Assembly (NCBI GenBank): GCA_022605425.2
Contig: CM061248.1
Span: 1,364,001-1,428,000, forward strand
Direction of reading: 5' to 3'
Length of the DNA stretch: 64,000 nt
Source: Hamiltosporidium tvaerminnensis FI-OER-3-3
Taxonomy: Eukaryota > Fungi > Microsporidia
Shown: in pieces, positions 10,465-23,650 of the stretch
Numbering within the stretch: position 1 is the stretch's first letter
Layout: each line of letters opens with the position of its first letter
The notes under the pieces: model-generated
What the model was told of the DNA's origin: nothing
Seen by the model: the letters and a program-made list of their open reading frames with translations, nothing else
The model's database searches: none
Translations under genes and position numbers: made by a program

Positions 10465-10696
10465 CACCAATGCCGGCTTGAAATAGTCAAATATAATCTA
10501 TATATTACCATTTATATTATATTCCATTCTTGAAATTCCTAAATTTATTAATAATAATCTTGATATTTGTGAAAAAATTTAGACGTTTTTTTTAACAAAG
10601 AAGAGTAGATAAGTAAATTTATTAAAATTTTTAATTTTGTTTGTATTTTAAAGGCTTTTTTTGAAATACTTGCTTTTTGATTTTTCAATCAAGGCT

Positions 10697-12239
10697 TTAA
10701 ATTTGTTGTATATATTTCCGCTGTATGTAGATTAATTTCTTTGACAATGTCCGGATTTTTCCTTTCAAGTCGCTTAACTTGCAATTAGAATAAATTGCTT
10801 TTGCGAACGCAAAACCTAATTGGAAATGATTAAAATTTTCAGGAATAATTTGCAAAAAATAAAATAGATCTATTTCTTTTAAAAGTTCCAATATTTCTTT
10901 GAAAATATTTTCTAATATTTGTGTGTCAAAGTAAGTTGATCAGTTTGAAAATATTCTTTTACCAATGTAAAGATAGTCTGAAATGAAAAATAATTACACC
11001 TTTCAGAATCCTTTTTTATTTGAATTTTTTCAATATTTTGGTTTGATTATGATTTAGAAATTTAGTATACATTTCGTTAAAATCAAAAGGAAAATAAATG
11101 TTTAAATTCTTTTTTTTATGTGTTTCCTTTCTTCTACTTTTTTGCTGATCCAAGAAAGCCTTAAAATTCATTTTTAATTCAATGCAAGTAGTCTTATTTA
11201 AAGCCGATGATTCTTCAGAAAGAATTTCTGATTTTTTTTGGTCTTTTGATGTGTTCACATCACTTAATTTGTTTAAATACTCTGTAGTTTTTACTTCATC
11301 TGAATATCAAAATTACCAAAAAAATGAAATCTATGTTCCGGTATTTAGATTATATGATTCGGGCAAATCTGCTGGACATTTTCATAGGCAAAGTGAAACT
11401 TCTCTTTTACAAAATATTTTGATTTTGCAATTATTTATTTCCTTATATTTCCACACAATGATTTTTCCGTGATTATACCGTCTTGAAGTGATTTTTGTTG
11501 AAAAAAATGATTTTTTTCGAAGAATCTTTTTTATACAACAGATTTCTACAATCATTTTTCACAAGAAAGTTACAAAAATCTTGATAATTGGCAAAAAAAG
11601 TTTGAATATAGAATATAAAATTTTCGAAACGTCTAATCAACACATTTATAATAATATTATTTTCAAGTGTTCCAGTTTTTTCAATATTTTTCAGGAAAAC
11701 CTCTTCTGAAGTATTAAAACTCGTGCACACCCCAAGCTTAGACACAGAGTATTTTATCGCAGGAGCTAAAAAATATGAATCCGGAATATAAATTTCGTTT
11801 TTCGAGGTTCTAAACATATACTCAAAAAACTGTTTTCTAATTTCTTCAGTTTTATAGTTTGTTAAAAACATTTCTTTATGGCCATCAAGTTGGTTTTCTA
11901 AGTATGAACTTACTGTGTGATATAATTCCTCATAATTCTTCTCATTGTGTGGGATTTTCTTAAAATCAGAACAATTTCTTTTATTTTTGTTTCAAAAGAT
12001 TCTTGATTCAAATATCTATTAAATATTGTCGATAGGTAATTAGATATGCCTTCTATATGAGGTTTGTTAAGAAGTATTTTATATACCAATGAATTTTTAT
12101 CATTATAAATGACAAAATCCGGAATAGATTTTATTGTTTTCGGTTTACTTTTTTTTTGTAACATCTTTATCTGTTTATTCCTTTTATTAGTAACAGTATA
12201 AGTCACCAAGATATAAAATAAAAATATGATCGGTTTCAT
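10697..12239 (-). pseudogene. Frameshifted gene for a ~500-aa secreted protein of unknown family
   Basis: Signal-peptide-like start MKPIIFLFYILVTYT. ORF fragments 11910-12239, 11473-11871, 11016-11258 and 10697-10891 are colinear. A frameshift near 11980 joins ...ESFETKIK to NCSDFKKIPHNEKNYEELYHTVSSYLENQLDGHKEMFLT. Confidence 0.65.
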
Positions 12240-15200
12240 TTCTTTTTAGAAACCGAAATCCAGAAATATTTAAATATTTTTTTTGTTCTAATTTTCCTAA
12301 AACAGCAATTTTTTAATAATTTTATTTTTCGAGTTAAAATTGTTTTGAAACTAAATTATCTTCTTAAAATCTTCTAATATATATGAAAAATAATCAAATT
12401 GGTTCTTAATCAAATTTATTTCAATTCGTTAGACATTAAATTTAGCTCTTAAATCTTTTTATATAAAATATTTTTAAAATATGAATGTATGTTATTTCAA
12501 AATTGTCATAAAAATAAAATTCATAAAAATCTAAATTGAAAAAAAAAAATTTTTCTATTTTAGAGCATTACAATAATCAACATTATAAAAAAGAAAAACA
12601 GAATTAAAAAATTGATAATTAAAAATTATTGCTTGAAATCATAATTATTTAAAATTCAATATGAATTTATATTTTTATTGATAAAAAAACCACTTATTAG
12701 ATTTTTTTAAATAGAAATTTTGTGATCTAAAGACAATTATTAAATTATGATTTAATTAGAACAAAATAATCTGATTTTTTTATTAAACTGAAAAGTTATA
12801 TTTGTTCTTAGAAAGCTTTTGATATGCAATTTTTTCAAATTAATTTTTGTTTTGTTGATTAGATTCACATTCGGGGGTTAAAATTCTCTAAAATTAAGCT
12901 TTTAGTTTGCTCTTCTAGTAGTTAAATAATCTTTCTATTTTTAATACAATTCAAGTTTTTTTTTAAAATTTGATTTAGACACCATTTAAACGTTCAATGT
13001 GTTCAACTTGATATTTTTTTAGTTGCATGAGCTACATTGAGAAAAATTGTTAGACTTTTTAATGTCTTAGATTATTTATCTGAATATGCCTTATATCAAA
13101 TCAATTGAAAGTAAGTAAAGAACCATATTTTTAAGCGTGTAAAAGTTATTATTCAAGTGAATAAAACCAAATACATAAATATTGGAAGATTCTTTAAAGT
13201 TTATTTTAATAATATTTTTTTTATGTCTAAACAACAGAAACATTATATTGAGTTCCCAAAACACCAAATTACAGAAATTTGCTCATACTTGTTACGAAAA
13301 AAATTTCATTCTTTTTTATACATTTTATCGATTGATAAACTTTAAAATCTACAAAATTATTAACAAAGAAATAAAACTGGCAATCAGTTCCACTTTTTAT
13401 CTTAATAATCTGTTTCATTGTTTTGCAACTTTGCAATTGCTATAATTCTAAGATTTCAATGTTGTTTAACATGATTGAAAGTATTATTAAAACCAATTCC
13501 GATTCATTAAACATATAATTCATAGCTAACTGAAATTCTTCAAGATTTTTTTTTTGTTTTAAACACAACGAACCTATCTAAACATCTTTTTACATACGAT
13601 GCTTATAAACATTTATATTTTATGAATGTTAACATTGTAACGAGAATTGTATTTTCAAAATACTTTTTTTTTTAAAAAATAATAAGTTTTGTAAATCTTT
13701 CAAAAAATATTACAAGCAAGCTTTCGTAACAATGCGAGTTTTTATTTTTAAAAAGAGATGTAAACAATCAGAGAAAAAACACATAAGTTTGTTCTAATAC
13801 ACGACATTAACATAAAAATAAGCTTTGCATTAGTTTGAAAAATAATCCATATCACATTAAAATATAATCCATTTAGTTAATAATCTATATATTTCATAAA
13901 AAATTTCTTTTCATAACATACCTTGCTCTTTTTTTATACCATTATTTATTCTCGCTTCATATTCTCTCGATTGATTCTGTACATTTAATTCTTAAATATA
14001 TAATTTTAAAGTACATTGTGTAAATTTCGTTGCTTATAAGTCATATTTTTTATTGCATACGTGTAGTATCAATAAGATTATTCATTCTCACAGGCATATA
14101 TGAGCATATCTAGAAGATAGGTAGCTTAAATCTTAAATTTATTATATGATTAAATACTTTCGTAAAATCGTTTTAATATATTTTTAGTATGCTTCGCGTA
14201 TCATCTGTCTTCAGCTCATATTGTTAAAAATACAGTAGAATTAAAACAAAATCCTATGCATAACATTACTTAATATTCTTGTAATTATATTGAAATCTTA
14301 AAAATAATATATCTTTCATTAGAAAAAGGCTATCTTTTTAAAAGTAATCGTTCTGAGTAAATATTTTATAGATAAAGTAGGCTATTTAGAAACAATCTTT
14401 ACTTCATAGCATCTGATATCGAATAATTTCAAATTAAAGAATATACTAGGTCGTTTCATACATTATTATGATCATATCCTCTTATATGACGTATTTAGTG
14501 CTTTTTTTATAATACTTTAAAGGAAGTTTTTAAATTTATTACAAATGCTTTAATCATATTCATTTGAAGACAATTAATATTTAAAATATAATCAATATAT
14601 GCCATGAGGAAGAATCCCCCTATTATTCAATTGATCCGAAAACCGTAAGATACTAATTATAGTGAAATATCAAGAGAATTACTTTTATAATGTTATTTTA
14701 ATTTATACAACAAGATTAATGTTCGAAAAAAACCAGTTGAATTCGTTTTATAAAATCCAAATCCCATTCGCTCTAACCATTGCTAAACAACTTGTAAGAA
14801 TTAAAAACTTCCTATGAATAGCATCGATGCATATTTTCATATACTTTTTTTTAAGAATTGCTTTATAAGGTTTACTTTCTATTTATATTTTTTTTAAATT
14901 TGATTTACTTGTACACAACGCTTGTACAATAGAATTAATTTATAAAGGCTGTTTCTTATTAATTTATTTGTATAAAAAGAATTTAATTCAACAATTAATT
15001 TTGTTTAGATTATTAGTATAGAATTTACATATCCAATTTGACTAAAACATTTGAATTCAAATGAACTAATAAATTATACATTTAGAAAAAATACATCAGG
15101 ACACCAAGACAGGTGTTTATTTATAATAAAAAAAACCCACAGATCTTGAAATACATGAAAAGTAAAGCGAAATGCAAAAAAAACTCACAGGCTGAAATGA

Positions 15201-15442
15201 GCGAAAAAGAAATTTGAGCTACGTATATAAATTTAAAACCAATAACCAGATGAGGAATAGCATACTAAGTAAATCAACCTGCCAATGATTAATTAGTAAA
15301 TGATAGAAGAGTGGCTCAAAATCCGTATATGAAATGCTAAAAAAAATACACAGGACAAACGATTAGAAAAAGGTATAAAATCTTTTTTTGAAAAGATTAA
15401 TAAATTTAAACTAATATAATATATAATGAAGTTAAAGATGAT

Positions 15443-15670
15443 TATTATCCTTGGCACCAAAGCCCTGCACGAGCCTTGGCCGCTCTTTAATACTGCCCAT
15501 TTGTCTTTTTACAGTGAATTTGTTTACTTTTTCGGGGTTTCGTAGCAAGGTGGTTTAAACGATTGGTTTTACACTCAACCCCAACTTTGAGGACCAGTCA
15601 GTTTAGTCACCTCTTACGACAAGCAGAGAATACACCAAGCTAATTATGTTCTTGGCATAGTCAGGGACTG
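15443..15670 (-). mobile_element. Bipartite non-autonomous RTE-type retroposon, 228 bp
   Basis: Exact 10-bp TSD TAAAGATGAT (15433-15442, 15671-15680). Minus strand has RTE 5'UTR-like TGTCGTAAGAGGTGACTAA and GGTCCTCAAAGTTGGGGTTG, then an RTE 3'-like GGCCAAGGCTCGTGCAGGGCTTTGGTGCCAAGG and a GATAATAAT tail. Confidence 0.8.
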
Positions 15671-18109
15671 TAAAGATGATAGACTAGCTTTAATCATATT
15701 TTTTCGATGAATCTAAAATTATATTTGGTTATTCAAGGTAACCTCTACCAATAAGTAAATGTAAAAGTTTATAAGACATTTGAATATAACGAAGAAATCT
15801 TACATCAGCATTTTAAAGCGCATAATATTCTATATGCAAATTACCGTGGATAGCAATGTTGTAATTTTATGTTACACTTATGGCTAAGACATAAACAAAA
15901 TAAGTTTAAAATGTAGTCGTACTTTTTTTATTAAGCATAAGATTTATTACATGTAGTAGTTTAATATTTTAATTTAAAGATTTAATAAATTCCATTTTTC
16001 TTCTTAATTCTAAAGTAATACCTATCACGTGAATATTCGCTTGCAATTTTGCAGAAATAAACATAGTTAAACATGAAAAAGCCAATTTTGATTTGAAACC
16101 ATATTTATCACATTTTCACTCTTGCAGATAATGCCTTTATCATGTTTTTTTTTTTAACATTATTTTTTATCTATTAATTTCAGAAAAAGCATAGCATATT
16201 TTCGTATTAAAAATACTTTCGATCCTTTCTCTTCTAAACCAAGATCAGAAAAATAAAAAAATTCTGTATACAGTCTAAACCCATCATAATATAAACCTAA
16301 ACCACTCGCTTAAAAAATCGATGTTCTATTACGTTTGCAATTTGGAAAATTGACCATTTATTTGAAAGCAAAAGGGTATTATGCCTTGAAAAAATAACTT
16401 GAAAAGGTTTCGAATATTTTATCGTGATTGGGTTGCGTTTGTACTAAAATCTTTAGAGGATTTTCCTTTATACCAAATATCTAAGTAGATTGAAACAACA
16501 AGTTATTATAATATTTTACTTTCTCTTCAGAGAAATTATAATTGAAAAAAATATATTGCAATTTATGTTGCGTCTATTTTTCCCAAGCTTTCTCTATTTA
16601 AATAAAGATGTTGATGAAAAGTATTTTTATTTCTAACTAACGTATATTTATATTCGAGAAAAACGAAATAAATTATCAAATATCTTAATGTAACGTAAGT
16701 CAATTTAGATGCCATTACGAAGTAATGGATTGAATATAAAAATCATTCAATTCCACGGGAGGATTTATAACATAAATAGTTATTAAAGTCTACTTCTTAC
16801 GTCTAAAATTATATCTCTGTCATATCACTATAACAGATATTTTACACGATAAGTAAATTATTAGAAAAAATCCGATAATGTATGGTGGAAAAATGACATT
16901 CGATCTATGAAAAAGTATTTAAATATAAATTAACTGTTTGGTCGATAGCATTATATAATTAGGTAAAATTTTCACAGGTTTTTGAACAATTACTTAGATT
17001 TTATCATTTTTTTACGTTTCTTCTTATATTCTATTCAAGATCCTTGATTTTACAAAGATAATATTTCAATTAAATATCTAGGTTTTTAAGTTTATATTCC
17101 ACCATGCAAGCCCTTAAATATCCCACTTAAATTTGAATAAATTTATTTTGGTTCAGGATATAAAATACTCTTTGATTTAAAAAAGAATAAATTATGATTA
17201 CAATATTTTTCACACTTATTTTTGTTCTAATTGACATTCTTGAACAATTTTTGACTTGACATATAGACTCATGCCGATTTTGTTTTATATTTGCAAGTCA
17301 TTAGATTTTAAACAAAAGCAAATAAAAAAGACTAAAATTGGACAAAGAATGTTCAAACTAAACATAAATATTTTTAAACAAAAAATAGTCAAGCTGAATT
17401 TTTTTCTTAAATTGCTCATAACAATAGAAACTTATAGAAAAAATGTAATTTATTCCTAAATAAAAATTTTAAATTCTATGCATTAGAAATAAGTTTTCTA
17501 AAATGAAATAAAGCCCAAGTATATTTATTCTCTATGTTTCTCTAGATTAGATTCCAAATCGAGTTTGGAAATATAAATAATCGTTTGAATTCCTCTTATA
17601 CATCAATCTTTAAAAATAACATTTCTAATTTAAAATATGAATTTAATTATTTTCCATATTCAGAGAAGATGATTAAGTATTAAATTAATCATGAAGAAAA
17701 GAGAAAAAATTAAACCTACAAAGAAAATGACACAAATATATTAGTGATTCCGTAATACTAGATAATTTTAAAACTAAAATAAAATTGAATAAAAATTAGA
17801 AATAAATGGGCAAAGTCTCATTCATAAAGATTAGATGACAAATATATGTGAAAAAGAAGGTAAAATATAGAAATAATTGCCGTATAACAATTCATGATCC
17901 ATAAATCGGCACATATTACCATTTGTACAATTTATTTATAAACTATTTGTTTTCCCTTTCTAATTATTTGATAACAGAACAATACCATTTAAACAAAGCA
18001 ATTTTTTCTAATTTTTTGTACCAAATATTAAAATTGACAATTGCTCGATCCAACTTTAAACACATGGTTAGATATCAATTTTGTATAAATTTAAAATATT
18101 AAAATACAG

Positions 18110-18500
18110 TGGAAGAAGGAAGAAATATTGAAAATGCTAATATGATTTGAAACTTTTTAGGTAGGTACGATTTCTGTTTACCGCTAATAACGAAAATTTA
18201 TCTCAAATAGTAGCAGCTAATCGAACGTACGGATTCATATTAAACGATAAAGAACCAAAATACAGTATTGAAAGGATATGAGGTTACAAAGTGACCCCTT
18301 CCGGCAATAAATAAGGCATTACATTAGAAATAAGAAAAGAGCGAACCCAAAAAAATTGTTTTTAATTTTAAAAAAAGCCTGCCGAAAAACCAGTATCTCA
18401 ATCCCACCCTTATGATATATCAATAAGCTTGCGCAGAATCATGTAGACGAAAACGCTACCTATATATTGAAAGATATTCGAAAAATACTCCCGATAAGAT
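18110..18500 (+). pseudogene. Possible heavily decayed RTE-type post-RT fragment
   Basis: Pieces GRNIENAN..NF, FTANNENLSQIVAANRTY and AQNHVD resemble, in order, RTE motifs IExVxxFxYLG, TxxNxxxxEIxxRIxAANRxY and WAGHV; many stops. Confidence 0.35.
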
Positions 18501-19039
18501 TGATAGCTAGATATAAGGAATAGAAAAAGTTTGAACATTCTTGTTTATAAATATGAAGAGGAAATTGAAATTGGAAGATAATGTAGAAATTGAAAATCTC
18601 CTGGCTCAAAGAATTTTATCAAATGTCTCAGATAAAAATTTCAGCTGGCAAATTATAATTGTTCAAAAATCATTAGTATAGAAATATTAAAAATATAATT
18701 CCAAAACTTCTAGAGAAGTGCTAATATTACTGACATGAAAAAATTATTACATTTTCGGAAGAAATTCTAACTACGAAATAAAATGAAACAAAAAATCAGC
18801 CAGAAAATTAAATTTCAAGGCTTCCTTTAGGCTTTGAAATTAAAGAATATTAATTAAAAAATTTTAAAATACAAAATTAACTTAAAATTAATGAAAATAT
18901 ATTATTTTTTCACATGTTTAAAGATAACATATCAAATCACACCAAGGAAAAAATCTTCACATGTTCCATATATTTTCGAAAGACTTTTTATAAATTTGAA
19001 AATATTACAGCAAAAATAAAAAATTTTAGAGAGCTTACA

Positions 19040-19350
19040 AAGGTATTTATCAGAAGCGTTACAAAATCTTTCTCATGAATATGAAATAAGCCTTAAAATA
19101 CATCCACTAAAGATAATACTTGTACAGATATGGATCGGGGTGGAGAACTGTATTGGTAGTCATAAAAAAAATTACAGTATATTATATAGGAACTGTCTTA
19201 CTTACATATGACGAAAAAAAAGCAATTAAGATTAAACGATAAACTTTTGCGCAATTATACCTCTTTATCATCATATATACGATGATTCTTTGTCTTTTGC
19301 GGTCAATTCCATTCTAGAATAGGAAATATACTAAAAATACTTCCTAAAAA
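19040..19350. repeat. Degenerate dispersed repeat (decayed paralog) shared with ~52320-52610
   Basis: CAGAAGCGTTACAAAATCTTTCTCATGAA (~19051) vs CAGAAAGCGTTATAAAATCTTCTATGAA (~52330), with weaker colinear similarity downstream. Confidence 0.4.
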
Positions 19351-22300
19351 CAAGTATCGTAAATCATATTATATAATACCGGGTTTTCCAAAACAATAGA
19401 TCATATTTCGAAAAAAAATTCACGAAAAACATTGAATTACTCTGAAAATATATATCGCGAGTTTATAATTTTAGCTCTTCATCTTTGCAAATGTTTATAT
19501 AAATATAAGCTTTTTTATAAAATATTTCTTAATCAATCTTGAAATTGTGAGTTTCGATCATCACGAAATATCTTTAATACAAATCTTGCATTTTTTTATA
19601 TTCAACTATTTGGATTGACGCCCCACAGAATTACTAGCATAAAAAATGATTCTAGATATCAAAAATGACCAGGATACAACTTTTTTAAGAATTAAACAAA
19701 TGAATAGATATTTTTATGTTTTATAATATATTCTAAGTTTTTGTATTCAATTTTTTTTAACAATCTAGATACTTTGAATTTTCGAAACTACAATATAGGA
19801 ATACTAATTTATCTTTAGTATTGATTTATCAAAACAAGAAATTCTATATTGGCTTGATAATAGTACCTTTGGAAATTATTTTATAAGAATCTTTATATCT
19901 ATAATATTAAGACCTGATCGATAAATAATGTTTAGAAAATATATAAAAAATGCACTACTTTATTTTTTTAGCCTTTGAAAAAGACTTGATAGAAGACCAA
20001 ATGTACTCTGATAAAAAGGGCTTAAAGGTTTCAAATAAAATGCAGCAAGATATATACTCTAATATGATTTAAAACATTATGTAGAAAAAAGCTAAGAAAT
20101 TTATTTGTAATTTTGAATGCCTGATTTTAGAACTTTTACAGTGAAAAAAGACCAAGAATATAGTTTAAAATTATACCATATATATAAAAGTAAGAATAGC
20201 GCATTAAAATTGATGAAAATTAGCAAAGAAAAAGCAACAACCTTCTAGCTCATCGCTATAAAATAATTTTAAATATTTTTTTTTAAAAAAACTAATCAGT
20301 GACAAGTTTATATAGATTGTAAAGGCAAAATCAATATATCTGCATTATTTTAAGACAAAACATTATTTGCCAGGTTAATGTTGGAAAATTTTTTTATTAA
20401 ATCGTTCTATTTTACGATTTTCATAAATTAAAATTTAAACTTGAATCAAATATAAAATTTCATGAAATACAAGTTTTTTTTAATGCAGAAAGAATTTAAA
20501 ATTTATAGACATCTCAATCTATTAGAAATTTTCATAGATAATATATAAGCTTGGAGTGAACAAAAGAAATTTAATTAATGGAACATAAGCATTAGTCTAT
20601 AAAACATGAAAACATAATTATTAATTCAACTGCTATAATTGAGATAAATTAGATCTTAACCATAATTGCGCGCAGCGAAATTATTCAACGTAAAAACATG
20701 TGAATTCATCAAAAAAATTATAAAAAAAATAATTATAAAAATTAATGTAGCTAAACAATAGTTTTTTTCGGTTATAGAAGAAAATTCAATTTTAAATTGT
20801 TTTTTCCGATTTTAATCAAGTTAAAGTTTAAGAATCTTTGTATTAAAGATAGATTTAAATACTCTTTATATTAAAAGAAAAATTTATATATAAAGCTCTC
20901 AAATTTTACTCTATGATGCCAAATTTTATATTATGACTACAGAGACATTTAGTAGGTGTAGGTTAAAGCACAAATTTATTGAAGAATGTTGTTATGATAC
21001 TTTTTTAGGAGATATTTATTTACAAGCAATAAAATAATTGAAAAATAACCTGTTTTAAAAAAAAATCGAATAAATGTTGTGAATAACGGTGATTAAAAAA
21101 ATAAAATTCGATTAAAAACTGCAATATAAATTGACAATTCTTAAAGAGCAACAATTTCAAAAAAGTAAATTCTTTACCATACAAAACTTTGGATTTTTCT
21201 CTAAAATATTTAAAGTTTTTAAGCGAATACAAATGAGATATTATTTAAATTCCTTTTATTCAACTATCTTTTTTGTAAATCTATTATGACGTTTGACAAA
21301 CAAACTAAAATATGCCCATAAACCAATTTTTTACTGCTAAAATCATGTAGTTCGCTTATTTGCGTTAAAAAGTAAACATATGTAACATACCAAATTTCCC
21401 TTTATTGAATTTATCTAAATTCTAAGTTTATAAAAATGCAAAAAAAAGGTTTTTAGAAGGAAAAAAATCGAAGCTAAACCTGTAATTTAATTTATTTTTG
21501 TTTGCAAATAAACCATTATGGATTCAATTATTTCCAAAATTAAATTAAAGGCATATATTACATATAAATACTAGAAGCTTAAATCATACGACATAAAGAA
21601 TCAAAAACAAAGTTTTATTATTGTACTTAAAATAAAAAAATTAATTTTAGCTTGATTAAACTCAAAAATTAGAATATCAAAACAAAAAAATAACCAACAT
21701 TTTTGGTATATTCCGGTTAAAAAATTTAATTTTATAAAAACAATAACAGATTTTCAATAAATTTTAAACTAATGAATAACTTACTAATAAAATTTTACAT
21801 GGAGATAAAGCTCATATTAACTATTGCATATATAAAGTAATTTTCGAAGTAAGAAGAAATTTTACAAAATATCTCTAGAATTTTAATTGCAAATAGTTTC
21901 TCTATTGATTAATGATTTTTTTAAATTTGCCAAATATTCCATACAATTATTTCTTTTGTTTTTATATGTATCCTCCGAATTAAAAACATGCAGCTTATAT
22001 ACGAAGCCCCACAATGAATTGTATCTAAAAACGTCATGTTTTTATAAACCTTAATATCAAAATCTTAACTTAATTGAGATAAAAACATATCAAAATTATA
22101 CTGTGAGTAGAGCGTCTTAAAGAAAAGTTCTATATGTGAATCTGGGATATCAGTATGAAAATAAGAAACTAAGCACAAAATCTGTACCCATTATATGCTT
22201 TTAAAAATAATTTATAGCTTCTCAGACCTTTATAAAGATACATAAAATTTTAAGAAGTTGGTCAATTTTTAGTAAATTTAGAAACAAAAGAATGTGTAAA

Positions 22301-22599
22301 CGCTTTCTTTTACGAAAAGCAATGCCATGTTAAAATAGGGTAGAAGGCAAAGAATAAATTATACCTAGGATTTTACAATCTTTTTAGCTCTGCATTAAAA
22401 AAGTTTTATGTTTATTTTTTCTTTGAGATTATCTATACATTTTATTGTTGCAAAAATAATTTTAAATTAAAAAATAATATAAGTTAAGTTTTTTATTTGT
22501 GTTTATACAAATAAAAAACAAATTTATGTCTAAAAAGAAATTTCAATCTCATAGATAATTTAATTTTTTTATATAATGTTTGAAGCCCTTGTATTAATT

Positions 22600-23650
22600 A
22601 AGTTCAATGCAAAGATATTTCGAGCATCTATTTTTTTATATTCTAGGTTAATTTTTTTCTTATAGCTATACAATACGATATAATTTCCATTGCTCAAGAC
22701 GGTATATTTCATAAAATAAATATAAGCAAATATATAAAAGAAAGCTAATCCTCAGAAATAGAGCGCAGACATTCATCTGCTTAGAAATTCAACTAACTTA
22801 GATAAGTCATTCACAATAGTAAGGTGTCATTTAAAGCGTGTAGACTTTGTGTTTATACGGATGGCAAAACCAAAATTTTATATAGAAAACACTGTGAGGT
22901 TGTTTTAATTTAAAGTTAAGATTTTCTATATTGGCTCCTAAAAACATAGAATGCATATAATGATTTAAATAGAAATTACCCTACTGAAAACATAAACAGC
23001 TTTGGAGATATCATTGTAACAGAATAAAGACTTTTATTTTTGATGTACGAACTTAGAGATAAGTCTAATAAAGTTTCTATTGTTTTTTAAAAATTTATAC
23101 AAGTAGATTTAAGAGCTGTAATATTCTGCTTCTAGCCTCATATTTTAAGGTCATTTCATTGTACACGCTCTTATAAAGTCTTCTATTTAAATTTTCAATT
23201 TTGTCCCGTAATCGGTATCATTGCTCCAGAGTTACCGTAACACAGTTATTGATACTGATAAGATTATATATCAACATTTTCATAAGATAATAAAGTTACT
23301 TATTTAAGGCAATTCGACTGTTTTACGAGATCGAACGAGTTATTTGTTTACAATCTATGAATTATGATAAGAACTATGCAAAATATTTTACATGAGCTCT
23401 TTAAAAAACCATATCATCTTAGATAGATAGCAGAGGTAAAAGTAAATTGGCTGCCTAGATCGAAGTAGGAACAAAATCGTTAAGTGTTCGTGGCATGTAT
23501 TTCCTGGCTTCTACATTGGTTTAGCGAAAACGAGTTATATCAGGGCATCGTAGAATTACTACCCTGAAGATAGCAAAGCCCTAACTCATAGAAACAGTAA
23601 AAGTATCCCTTTAGAAGATGCCACGGAATTAAAAATGTAGCAGTATTTAT
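22600..23650 (+). pseudogene. Fossil Tc1/mariner-like transposase
   Basis: Ordered remnants across ~1 kb: KANPQK*SADI..SFTIVRCHLKRVDF..RMAKPK (HTH, 22741-22875), DFLYW, NINSFGD, IDTDK/YINI, VNWLPRS (23442), FSENELYQGIVE and SIP/RRC. Many stops and frameshifts; TIRs not found. Confidence 0.5.

Noticed and set aside
11898-11913. GTAAGT…TTAG possible mini-intron on the minus strand
   Set aside because: Only 16 nt, and removal leads straight to a stop; an upstream frameshift explains the ORF break better.
23430-23640. GC island with CGTGGCAT/ATGCCACG stem, CTGAAGA…GAAAC and CCCTAAC (ncRNA, hammerhead or telomerase candidate); also a weak minus-strand APE-like reading
   Set aside because: Hammerhead stems do not form and the template is too short; the region reads better as the C-terminal part of the plus-strand Tc1 fossil.
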